A DNA stretch of 64,000 nucleotides from Candidatus Micrarchaeota archaeon (GTDB lineage Archaea; Micrarchaeota; Micrarchaeia; Anstonellales; Bilamarchaeaceae), in NCBI GenBank assembly GCA_964647855.1, contig CAZYJW010000002.1, forward strand, positions 4,720-68,719, read 5' to 3'. Made by a program: the position numbers and the translations under genes. Of this stretch, positions 36,146 to 44,362 are shown piece by piece. The notes under the pieces are model-generated. The model was not told the origin of the DNA. It worked only from the letters and a program-made list of their open reading frames with translations, and made no database searches. How positions within the stretch are numbered: the first letter of the stretch is position 1; every line of letters begins with the position of its first letter.

Positions 36146-36702
36146 CAGCCACCCTCCATCCCGATCGAGCGCAGGAGGCCCGGCACACTGCCGTGGTAAT
36201 CGACACGGGGAAAAAAGAACAAGCGTTCGTGCGGCATGAGCGCCTCAATGGGCGGGACGCCCGCCCTGTGGAAAAGGATTTCATCGGACGAGATGACGGT
36301 GTATCCGTTCCATATCGCATCGAGCATGGTGTCGCGGACGCATATGCCCTTGACCCATCCCGCAATCACAAGCGCGTCTGAAAGGCTTTGTTCCAGGAAC
36401 CGGCGGAAAGCCGGCACCGTGAACGCGCTCCGCAGGCCTTTCGTGAAGCGCACGGCATCAGGGCCTGCGGCCTCGTCCACCTCGCGCAGTGGCTCGGGGG
36501 TGGATTCCCCCATGACAAGCACGACCGGGTGCCCCATGCGCCTAACGGCGCCTATGACCGATGCCGTCCGTGCGATGCCCTCCTGGACGCTGCCGCAGGA
36601 ATAGGCCAGTTCATTGCGGCACGCCTCCTGCATGTCCACGACCACCATCGCAATCTTCGGCGGACGCGGATTCCTGAAGGGATAAACCGCCCTGCGCTGC
36701 AT
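36145..36702 (-). CDS. isochorismatase-family cysteine hydrolase (paralog)
   Basis: MVVVDMQ, and VIAGWVKGICV with the Cys. Collinear with 35567-36145. 1-nt stop/start overlap. Confidence 0.75.
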   Translation of the reverse strand: MQRRAVYPFRNPRPPKIAMVVVDMQEACRNELAYSCGSVQEGIARTASVIGAVRRMGHPVVLVMGESTPEPLREVDEAAGPDAVRFTKGLRSAFTVPAFRRFLEQSLSDALVIAGWVKGICVRDTMLDAIWNGYTVISSDEILFHRAGVPPIEALMPHERLFFFPRVDYHGSVPGLLRSIGMEGG

Positions 36703-36788
36703 GGGGCTGTATATGCGCGAACGTTGATATAAAGTTATCTAAAATGAAAAAAAATGAGTTGTGATTGCCGGTTCGGTGCAGCACGCCG

Positions 36789-38207
36789 CTATGCGTCGTG
36801 GTACATGTGGAATTCGTACGGATGCGGCCGCAGGCGCAGCGGGTTGATTTCCCGGTTGCGCTTGAAATCCACCCACGTGTCCAGGACGTCCTTCGTGAAT
36901 ACCCCGCCGCAAAGGAGATAATCGTGGTCGCACTCGAGCTGCGCGATTGCCTCGTCCAGGCTGCCGGGAAGCTTGCGGATTCTTTCGCTGCGTTCCCTGG
37001 GCAGGTGGTAGATGTTTTCCGAAATCGCGCCCCCGGGGTCGATTTTCCTCTTTATGCCGTCCAAGCCGGCCATGAGCATGGCGGGGAAGGCAAGGTAGGG
37101 GTTGCAACTCGGGTCCGGCGGGCGGTATTCAATCCTCTTCGAGCCCGTGTGCCCTTCGGGCGTCAGGGGGATGCGGACCGCCGCGCTCCGGTTTCCCCGG
37201 CTGTATGCCAGATTCACCGGCGCCTCGAAGCCCGGGACGAGCCGTTTGTATGAGTTCGTCGTTGGGGAAAGGATGGCGGCCAGCGAAGGGGCATGCTCTA
37301 TCAGCCCTCCGATATAATAGAGCGCGGTCTGGCTGAGCTCGGCGTATCCGTCGCCGAAAAAGATGTTTTGGCCGTCCTTCCACAGGCTCTGGTTGCAGTG
37401 CATGCCGGAGCCGTTGTCATTGAAGACCGGCTTGGGCATGAATGTCGCCACCTTCCCGTGCTTGCGTGCCACGTTCTTCACGATGTACTTGTATATCATG
37501 ATGTTGTCCGCCGCCCGTGCCAGGGCATCGTAGCGGATGCCTATTTCGCACTGGCCCGCGGTCGCCACCTCGTGGTGGTGCTTCTCTATTCTCAGGCCGC
37601 ACCCCCGCATCGTCAGGATCATGTCTGTCCTGACTTCCTGCAGGGCGTCGTTCGGAGGAACCGGGATGTAGCCGTCCTTGTACCTGGGCCGGTATGCTAG
37701 GTTGCGCCGCTCGCCGTTCCCGGAGTTCCATATGCCCTCATCGGAGTCGATGAAGTAATATCCCGCGTTCTCGCTCTGGTCGAACCTGAGGGAATCGAAT
37801 ATGAAGAACTCGGCCTCGGGGCCGAAGAATGCCGTGTCCGCGATGCCGCTCCCGCGAAGGTGCGCCTCGGCCTTTTTCGCAATCACCCTGGAATCCCGGT
37901 CGAAGGGCTTCCTGCAGTGCGGGTCGTATACGTCGCATATCATGGAGATGCTCCTGCTTGCGAAGGGGTCCACGAAGGCGGTGGTATAATCCGGCACGAG
38001 CTCCATGTCGCTCTCGTGTATCTCCTTGAAGCCGCGTATGGATGAGCCGTCGAACGGCAGCCTGTCCCTATCCGAGAAATCGAGAAGGTCGATTGGCATC
38101 GTGAAATGCTTCCATTGCCCGAAGAGGTCGGAGAATTTCACATCGACGAGCTCAAGCCCCTCCTTTTCCGCAAGCGCTTTGGCTGACATCGCATCCATTT
38201 TCGTCAC
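36789..38207 (-). CDS. glnA: glutamine synthetase type I
   Basis: 472 aa. FDGSSIRGF, the GSGMHCNQSLW region, NPYLAF, and typical GSI length and order. Confidence 0.95.
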   Translation of the reverse strand: MTKMDAMSAKALAEKEGLELVDVKFSDLFGQWKHFTMPIDLLDFSDRDRLPFDGSSIRGFKEIHESDMELVPDYTTAFVDPFASRSISMICDVYDPHCRKPFDRDSRVIAKKAEAHLRGSGIADTAFFGPEAEFFIFDSLRFDQSENAGYYFIDSDEGIWNSGNGERRNLAYRPRYKDGYIPVPPNDALQEVRTDMILTMRGCGLRIEKHHHEVATAGQCEIGIRYDALARAADNIMIYKYIVKNVARKHGKVATFMPKPVFNDNGSGMHCNQSLWKDGQNIFFGDGYAELSQTALYYIGGLIEHAPSLAAILSPTTNSYKRLVPGFEAPVNLAYSRGNRSAAVRIPLTPEGHTGSKRIEYRPPDPSCNPYLAFPAMLMAGLDGIKRKIDPGGAISENIYHLPRERSERIRKLPGSLDEAIAQLECDHDYLLCGGVFTKDVLDTWVDFKRNREINPLRLRPHPYEFHMYHDA

Positions 38208-38264
38208 CTGACCCCCTGCGTTTTATGATACTGATGAAAGTTTAAATAGTTGCTTAATCTGCTT

Positions 38265-38320
38265 TATACCGAACAAAAATGGGCTTATATTTAAATATAT
38301 TCTATTAAATGTTCGGAATA
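38265..38320. promoter_or_regulatory. 11-nt inverted repeat (10/11) flanking TATA-like elements in the glnA-lrp divergent intergenic region
   Basis: TATACCGAACA (38265-38275) and TGTTCGGAATA (38310-38320). The right arm touches the lrp ATG. TATATTTAAATATAT lies between the arms. Confidence 0.4.
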
Positions 38321-38784
38321 TGAGCAGAAAAAGCGGCGAAATAGACGAAATGGACAGGACCCTGATGCAGCTGCTTGTGAGGGACTCGGGCCGCTCGTAT
38401 CGGAAGCTGGCGAAGGAAGCCGGCCTATCGCCTGCAGCGGTGGTTGAAAGGATTAAATCCCTTGAGAGGCGCGGGTACATCACTGGATATGGAGCCAGGC
38501 TCAGCTATGAGAGGCTGGGCTTTGAGTTCATGGCGATCGTCGAGGTCAACATGAGCGGGAAGGACCTTCTCGAACTCGAGGCGAAAATTGCGCGCATCCC
38601 GCATGTTGCCGCCGTATGGGACACGACCGGCGAATACGACGCACTTGTGATTGTGATGTGCAAAAGCAGGCGGGATTTGAGCTCCACTGTGAAAAAAATC
38701 CTGGGCACCGAGGGCGTGAGGAGGACCAACACGAACGTGGTGCTCAACGTCGTCAGCAGGCTCACCGAATTCGAGGGCGTCTGA
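38320..38784 (+). CDS. lrp: Lrp/AsnC family transcriptional regulator
   Basis: N-terminal HTH (LDRTLMQLLVRDSGRSYRKLAKEAGLSPAAVVERIKSLERRGYI) and a C-terminal RAM domain. Confidence 0.9.
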   Translation: MSRKSGEIDEMDRTLMQLLVRDSGRSYRKLAKEAGLSPAAVVERIKSLERRGYITGYGARLSYERLGFEFMAIVEVNMSGKDLLELEAKIARIPHVAAVWDTTGEYDALVIVMCKSRRDLSSTVKKILGTEGVRRTNTNVVLNVVSRLTEFEGV

Positions 38785-38813
38785 GCGGGCAGATTGGGGG
38801 CGGGCAGGGCGGC

Positions 38814-40259
38814 TCATCTGCACGAGGCCGGGCCGTTGCGGTGCTGCCTGCCGTTTTGGCCGCTGTAGAGAAGGTCGTGGTATCCGTTGCCGAGCGTCTC
38901 GATGAGCTCGCTGTCGCATTCCCCCTTGTAGAGGTAGTGCGCGGCGCCGCCCCTCTCGGATATGTAATGCCATTCGTCGGTTCGAAGCTGCATCTCGAAG
39001 GGGACGATGAGCGAGCCGCCCCGGCCGGTCGCACGTATGTCGAAATGGAAGCCCTGGTATCCGTTGGGCTTCCTTTTGTATTCCACGGCGCAAACGTATT
39101 CTCCGAGGAGCTCGGGGTTCATGAGCGGAAGGGATGTGAGCACGTCGCCGACCGACTTGACGGCCATCTTGAGGGGGAGGGCGCGGATTGCACCGAGAAG
39201 CTCTCCGATGCGCTCGAGCCCGACGGGCCGGTTCTCCATGCCGGGCTCGACGGCCGCGCCGGCAGCGCGAACGATGTCGTCTATTGGCTGGTTGCGGTGG
39301 TGGTAAAGCACGGTCCTGACGGCGACGATGTCATTGAACCGCCCATAGTCGAACCCGCGGATTTTGTCAAGCAGGAATTCCTCGAACCCGGGCCGGGCGC
39401 CCGGTGGGATGCCATCGTGCTCTTCTTTCAGCAGCCGGTTGAGCTTCTCCATCTGCTTGCCCCGGTGCTTGAGCTTCCTGACGCTGGTTATCGCGTTCAA
39501 CCCATAGTTGCCGAGTGAGCCGGAAACCAGCCTGGACGCCTCGCGTGCGATTATCTGCGTCCTTGCTATCATTGCCAGGTATTCCGGGTCTGCCATCTGC
39601 GAGACCACGCGCCGGTATGTCAGGGGGTGGTTGATGCGGTAGGACTGCTCGAAAATGTCGCCCGAAAGCTCCTGGTATCCGAAGAAACCGGCAAGGGGCG
39701 CCCAAAGGTTCTCGGCAACGCGGAAATCGAGGCGCATGGCAAGCCGGGCGTCCTCAACCGATGAGTATTCGCGGATTATGGACGGCGTGTCGGTCACTAT
39801 GAAGCCCCCGAGGCGGTCCTCCGTGTCGTGCGTCAGGGACCAGTCCGGAATCTTTATCAGGGTCGCAAGGGGGCGCTTGCCGTTGTTCAGCAGCTCGAGG
39901 TAGTCGGTTTTGGGGGCGCCCCGGCGCTCCAGCCTGGTGAGGCGGCCGAAGACGTCTATCTCCTCCATGAGCGCGTCGTCCACAAGCTTGCCCGGAAGGA
40001 TGCCCGGAAACTGGCTCACCTTGTCGAAATCTATCACATGGAGGAGGGCCAGCCGGCGCCGCATAAGATGGCTCTGGCGGAGCGCGCCGTCGGCGGATTC
40101 GTCGCGGATTATGCCTTCGTCGATTATCCCCGCCCGTGCCGCCTTTTTATAGACGTCATGGCAGTGTATGTACTGGTTGGGCCTGCCCATTCGCCTGTAG
40201 AAATTGCGCGCAAGCTGGATGTCAGACTGCGCTTTCGGAAGCGATGCTGGTCCGGCCAT
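38814..40259 (-). CDS. RelA/SpoT-homolog-like protein (degenerate HD region + synthetase-like domain), copy A
   Basis: Synthetase-domain signatures NDIVAVRTVL, EYKRKPNGYQGFHFDI and PFEMQLRTDEWHYISERGGAAHYLYK. Linker ELSGDIFEQSYRINHPLTY resembles the RSH ELEDLAFRYL.P..Y. The HD position reads LLHVIDFD, with HD changed to HV. Confidence 0.7.
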   Translation of the reverse strand: MAGPASLPKAQSDIQLARNFYRRMGRPNQYIHCHDVYKKAARAGIIDEGIIRDESADGALRQSHLMRRRLALLHVIDFDKVSQFPGILPGKLVDDALMEEIDVFGRLTRLERRGAPKTDYLELLNNGKRPLATLIKIPDWSLTHDTEDRLGGFIVTDTPSIIREYSSVEDARLAMRLDFRVAENLWAPLAGFFGYQELSGDIFEQSYRINHPLTYRRVVSQMADPEYLAMIARTQIIAREASRLVSGSLGNYGLNAITSVRKLKHRGKQMEKLNRLLKEEHDGIPPGARPGFEEFLLDKIRGFDYGRFNDIVAVRTVLYHHRNQPIDDIVRAAGAAVEPGMENRPVGLERIGELLGAIRALPLKMAVKSVGDVLTSLPLMNPELLGEYVCAVEYKRKPNGYQGFHFDIRATGRGGSLIVPFEMQLRTDEWHYISERGGAAHYLYKGECDSELIETLGNGYHDLLYSGQNGRQHRNGPASCR

Positions 40260-40406
40260 ATCATATCACTTGCAGGAACTCTTTTTAAATCCGCACCATA
40301 TCATTTGTTATAACTAAATAAAAATGAAATCGTTCTGGTTTGTTTGTAGTTGTTGAATAAAAATGATTAAAAAAATATCCAACGGCGCTCAGAACATCCG
40401 GAAGCG

Positions 40407-41822
40407 CTACACCCGGGACGCAATGCGCGCCCTGACCTCGTCGAAGCGCCGGCGCTCGCCGTTTACAAGCGGCGACAGCTTGTACCGGTCGTGCCCGGCT
40501 ATGCCCTCGTCTGCCGCAACATGCATATCAGGCGTGCGGATGAGCGCCTCTATGGGAAGCATGGACGGGCTGCCCGCGCCCGTATCGACATGGACGCTCC
40601 GGTAGTTCGTGACCGGCTTGGGGTCCTGGGCGTAGTCGACCACGCTGGGTGCCCCGAGGCGGTGGATGCCGAACGTTGAGGATGCGGAGCGGAATCCCTC
40701 CTCGCAGAGGAATTCCACTATCGAGTACATGCGCGAGGGCGTGTCAGCTATCACCGTCAGCCCCGACCAGTCGTGGACCTCTTCCATCGGTATGCCGCGG
40801 AAAAGCGACTTGTTGAGAAGGCCGCCTATCCCCTTGAAAGGGCGTATCGACACTATCGCGGTCCGCTCGTCTACGTATGGGAGGCCGTGGGAGACCTCGG
40901 TGTAATGGTTCGCTATGAGCAGGCGCAGGTTCAGGCGTTCCGCAAGCTGCCGCACCGCAGTGTGGAGGATTGCCGTGGTGTTCATGAGCGGGGATAGCCA
41001 TCTGCAGGACTCCCTCTGCGCCTCGGCGAACTTGTCCGGATAGAGATAGCGCACCGCGTTGTCGCGCATCCTGCGGTATGCGAACGTCTGGCCGTGCCAG
41101 TCCGCGACGGCGCAGTAGACCTTGAGCATCGGCTCGGCCCATGACGCCTTGACCGCGTCCCAGCTCCCGTGGACCGGGAATATTCCGGGCATTACGCTTG
41201 CGGCCGCGGCGGCGCGGATTGTGGCGGGCTCGTGCACGGTCATCATGTCGGCTATCCTCGTGTACAGGACGACAAGCAGGTCCGCCGGGTCGTTTGCCGG
41301 GTCGTTTAGCAGCCGCACGTAGTCCTGCATGCGGTTTTCCCTTCCTCCGGCGCTGTCGAGGTGCTTGAATAGGGAATGAAGAGCGAAGCGCCTCTCGAAT
41401 CCCGGGCTCATGCCGGTGCCGGGGAGATAGGCGTCCGACTCGAAGGGGTGGTAGAGGATGAGCTCGGCCACCTGCCGTGAGAATGTGTCGGCTCCGTTCG
41501 TGGAGGCCGGAAGCAGCTTGCCCTGCACGGCTGCAGAGAGGACCTCGAGGGCGTGCCCGTAAACCTGCGCGCCGCCGATTTTCTGGTAGTGCTCCGTCGC
41601 TTCGAGTGCCATGAACTGTATCTCCGGCGAGAGGCTGGAAAGCGGGCTCGCGCGGTCCGGAACCGCGATGGGCTCGACCTTCGGCGAATGGAAAAGCCTT
41701 GCGGCAGCCGCCCTGGGGCATGCCGTGGCGCATTCTGCACGGGACCGGAGCATTGTGGTTGCCATAGTAATATTATGGCTGTTACCCCTTTTAAATATAT
41801 GGTTTTCCATTTTTAGCCACAT
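40407..41822 (-). CDS. RelA/SpoT-homolog-like protein, divergent copy B
   Basis: HDWSGLTVIA, VVDYAQDPKPVTNYRSVHVD, PIEALIRTPDMHVAADEGIAGHDRYK. The N-terminal region has no intact HD dyad. Confidence 0.65.
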   Translation of the reverse strand: MWLKMENHIFKRGNSHNITMATTMLRSRAECATACPRAAAARLFHSPKVEPIAVPDRASPLSSLSPEIQFMALEATEHYQKIGGAQVYGHALEVLSAAVQGKLLPASTNGADTFSRQVAELILYHPFESDAYLPGTGMSPGFERRFALHSLFKHLDSAGGRENRMQDYVRLLNDPANDPADLLVVLYTRIADMMTVHEPATIRAAAAASVMPGIFPVHGSWDAVKASWAEPMLKVYCAVADWHGQTFAYRRMRDNAVRYLYPDKFAEAQRESCRWLSPLMNTTAILHTAVRQLAERLNLRLLIANHYTEVSHGLPYVDERTAIVSIRPFKGIGGLLNKSLFRGIPMEEVHDWSGLTVIADTPSRMYSIVEFLCEEGFRSASSTFGIHRLGAPSVVDYAQDPKPVTNYRSVHVDTGAGSPSMLPIEALIRTPDMHVAADEGIAGHDRYKLSPLVNGERRRFDEVRARIASRV

Positions 41823-41936
41823 TTATACGGATATGAGCCGCCATCTGGGCAACCGGATATCCTGGTCGCTGCAGATAGAGCGGAATGGGCATATATAAAC
41901 GTTTGTCACAAAAAAGGTCCGAAAATCGAAAACGCA

Positions 41937-42926
41937 TCAGCGGAAGGCGAGTTTGGCCTTCTTCAGGGCGGCATGGTCGGGGCTTCCGCTCAGGAAGGCG
42001 CACGCCGCCATCTGCCTCTTGAAGCATCCGATGTATTCGTCAAGCTGCCGCTCGCGAAGGGCCCTTATGAAAGGATATGCGGCTCCGCAGATATCGGCCC
42101 CGAGAGCTATGCATTTGGCCCCTTCGATTCCGCTGCGTATTCCGCCGCTGGCTATTAGGGGCAGAACCCCCCTGCATTGAACAATAGACTCCGCTGTGGG
42201 TATTCCCCAGTCCTCGAACCCCGGGACCGCCTCGGAGCGAAGGTATTCCACCTTGCTCCAGGAGGTCCCGCCCGCCCCGGCCACATCGAGCCACGAGGCT
42301 CCGGCCTTCTTCAGCTTCAGCGCGACATCCTGGCTGAGTCCTGCGCCGGTTTCCTTCACGATCACCGGAACCGGGATGCTGTCGCAGGCCGAGGCGATGG
42401 CTTCCAGCACTCCGGAAAAATCAGTGTCGCCCTCGCCCTGGATGACCTCCTGGAGGGGGTTGAGATGGACCGCAAGCGCGTCGGCCTCTATGGTTTGCAC
42501 GAGCGATTCCACCTTCCCGGCCGGGTATCCCTTGAGCTGGAACGCGCCGATGTTCGCCACGAGTGGTATGTCCGGCGCGACGTCCCTCACGCGGTATGTC
42601 GATGCGAGGGCGGGGTTCTCGGCCATCGCCCTCTGGGAGCCGACCCCGAACGCGAGACCGTGCTTCTGCGCCGCCTGGGCAAGCGAGCGGTTTATCCCTT
42701 CGGCGTCCGGGTATCCCCCGGTCATACCGGTGATGATTATCGGGAAACGGAGCCTCCTGCCGAGGAAATCGCATGAGAGGTCGACGGAATCCAAAGCCGT
42801 TTCCGGGAGCGCGTTGTGGATGAAATCCACGCGTTCCAGCCCGCTCGCCTTCCCGTACTGCGCGCCCTTGGACACCACGAGCTCCACGTGGTCCTTCTTG
42901 CGCGACTCTGTCTGGTTTTTCTGCAT
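41937..42926 (-). CDS. fni: isopentenyl-diphosphate delta-isomerase type 2 (FMN-dependent)
   Basis: N-terminal RKKDHVEL, a TIM-barrel FMN pattern (GVGSQR, VIVKETGAG, GAGGTSW, ASGGIRSG). Confidence 0.9.
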   Translation of the reverse strand: MQKNQTESRKKDHVELVVSKGAQYGKASGLERVDFIHNALPETALDSVDLSCDFLGRRLRFPIIITGMTGGYPDAEGINRSLAQAAQKHGLAFGVGSQRAMAENPALASTYRVRDVAPDIPLVANIGAFQLKGYPAGKVESLVQTIEADALAVHLNPLQEVIQGEGDTDFSGVLEAIASACDSIPVPVIVKETGAGLSQDVALKLKKAGASWLDVAGAGGTSWSKVEYLRSEAVPGFEDWGIPTAESIVQCRGVLPLIASGGIRSGIEGAKCIALGADICGAAYPFIRALRERQLDEYIGCFKRQMAACAFLSGSPDHAALKKAKLAFR

Positions 42927-42974
42927 GGCAATTATTTGCGTGCAAGGTTTTTAATCAGAAAAGGAGGCCGGCGG

Positions 42975-43718
42975 TCACCTTGCGAGCGGGTATTTCTCCA
43001 TGTACATCTGCGTCTGGAGGACCGTCATGAACGGAAGCACCAGGAGGGAGTTGACAAGCAGCAGGAAATAGCCCGAATAGGGGCTGGCGAAAACCAGGTC
43101 CGCCGCGAGCTTCACCAAGGACAGCAGGAGGAGGGTCACCACCGTCCAGAGCAGGATGTAGTGCGGGTTCCGCAGCGCCATCGCCGCCGAGCGCCTTATC
43201 GCCGTTGGGGTGTCGGAATTGTCTATGACTACGGCGGGCGGAACGAAGAATATGAGCCAGGATAGCGCGAGCGTGATCAGGGGGTAGAGCCAGCCCTGCA
43301 GGGGATTGTCGTAGGTGAGCAGCTGCGCGATGAACATCAACAGGAGCGCCATCGTGCTGATGTAGAAAATCCTCATGGCGTATGTGCCCATCGCGCTCAC
43401 GACCTCGTGCCGTATGGAAGTGAGCGTCCTTTTCGAGCGCACGATTATGTTGATGTTCACTATGGTGTCGGATATCAGGAAAACGGCGAGGGCGTATGCG
43501 AACGCCGTGAACGCCATCTCGGCCAGGCCGAAGTCCGGAAGGCTGCCCGTCCGCAGGAACACGCCGCCGATCGCCAGATAGGTGGGGGCCGGCACAAGGA
43601 CCGGTATCAGGAATGCCAGCACCGCAGGCACCGAGAAAACCACTATGAGCCCGAGGCGCTTGAGATAGAACTGCGCCGCATAGCTGAACGTCCTTGACAG
43701 GTCGTCGTCCATGGGCAC
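42975..43718 (-). CDS. polytopic membrane protein, unknown function
   Basis: 247 aa with ~6 hydrophobic segments. No motif recognised. Confidence 0.65.
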   Translation of the reverse strand: MPMDDDLSRTFSYAAQFYLKRLGLIVVFSVPAVLAFLIPVLVPAPTYLAIGGVFLRTGSLPDFGLAEMAFTAFAYALAVFLISDTIVNINIIVRSKRTLTSIRHEVVSAMGTYAMRIFYISTMALLLMFIAQLLTYDNPLQGWLYPLITLALSWLIFFVPPAVVIDNSDTPTAIRRSAAMALRNPHYILLWTVVTLLLLSLVKLAADLVFASPYSGYFLLLVNSLLVLPFMTVLQTQMYMEKYPLAR

Positions 43719-43887
43719 AATGGGGGGGCATAATTTAAATATTCAGCCGTGGCGGGGCAACCCCCGGGCCCGCGCACGGGCCTGCGCGCGGCGCTGCAAA
43801 GGATTTATAAAAGGAAGCAGACGATTTATTTCGGTTTTTTTAGATGCCGCAGAGGGCATAAGCCCGGCGGAGGAGAGAGTGTTTCGG

Positions 43888-44358
43888 ATGAAGACTATTG
43901 ATGCCATTGTGGAAGGAGGCAAGGCCACCCCCGGCCCGCCGCTTGCGCCCGCGCTCGCCCCCATGGGCGTGAATATCGGGCAGGTCGTCGCGAAGATAAA
44001 CGAGATGACCAGGGATTTCGCCGGAATGAAAGTGCCGGTAAAGGTCCACGTGGACCCGGCCACAAAGACGTTCACCGTTGAGGTGGGAAGCCCGCCCACG
44101 GCGGAAATAATCAAGAGGGAGGCCGGCATAGAGAAGGGCGCGGGGAACAGGGAGGCCCCGGCCGGCGACCTTCCGATGGAGAAGGCGGTCTCGATAGCCC
44201 GGGCGAAGAGAAACTCGCTCGGCAAGGACCTCAAGGAGACGCTCAAGGAGGTGCTGGGCACCTGCGTGAGCATGGGCGTCACGGTGGGCGGCAGGAACGC
44301 CAAGGAGGCCATCAGGGACGTCGAGGGAGGCAAGCACGACTCCATTCTGAAGGGATGA
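43888..44358 (+). CDS. rpl11: 50S ribosomal protein L11 (uL11)
   Basis: MKTIDAIVEGGKATPGPPLAPALAPMGVNIGQVV... is collinear with archaeal L11. ATG 43888 is preceded by GGAGGAGAG. Confidence 0.95.
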   Translation: MKTIDAIVEGGKATPGPPLAPALAPMGVNIGQVVAKINEMTRDFAGMKVPVKVHVDPATKTFTVEVGSPPTAEIIKREAGIEKGAGNREAPAGDLPMEKAVSIARAKRNSLGKDLKETLKEVLGTCVSMGVTVGGRNAKEAIRDVEGGKHDSILKG

Positions 44359-44362
44359 GCCC

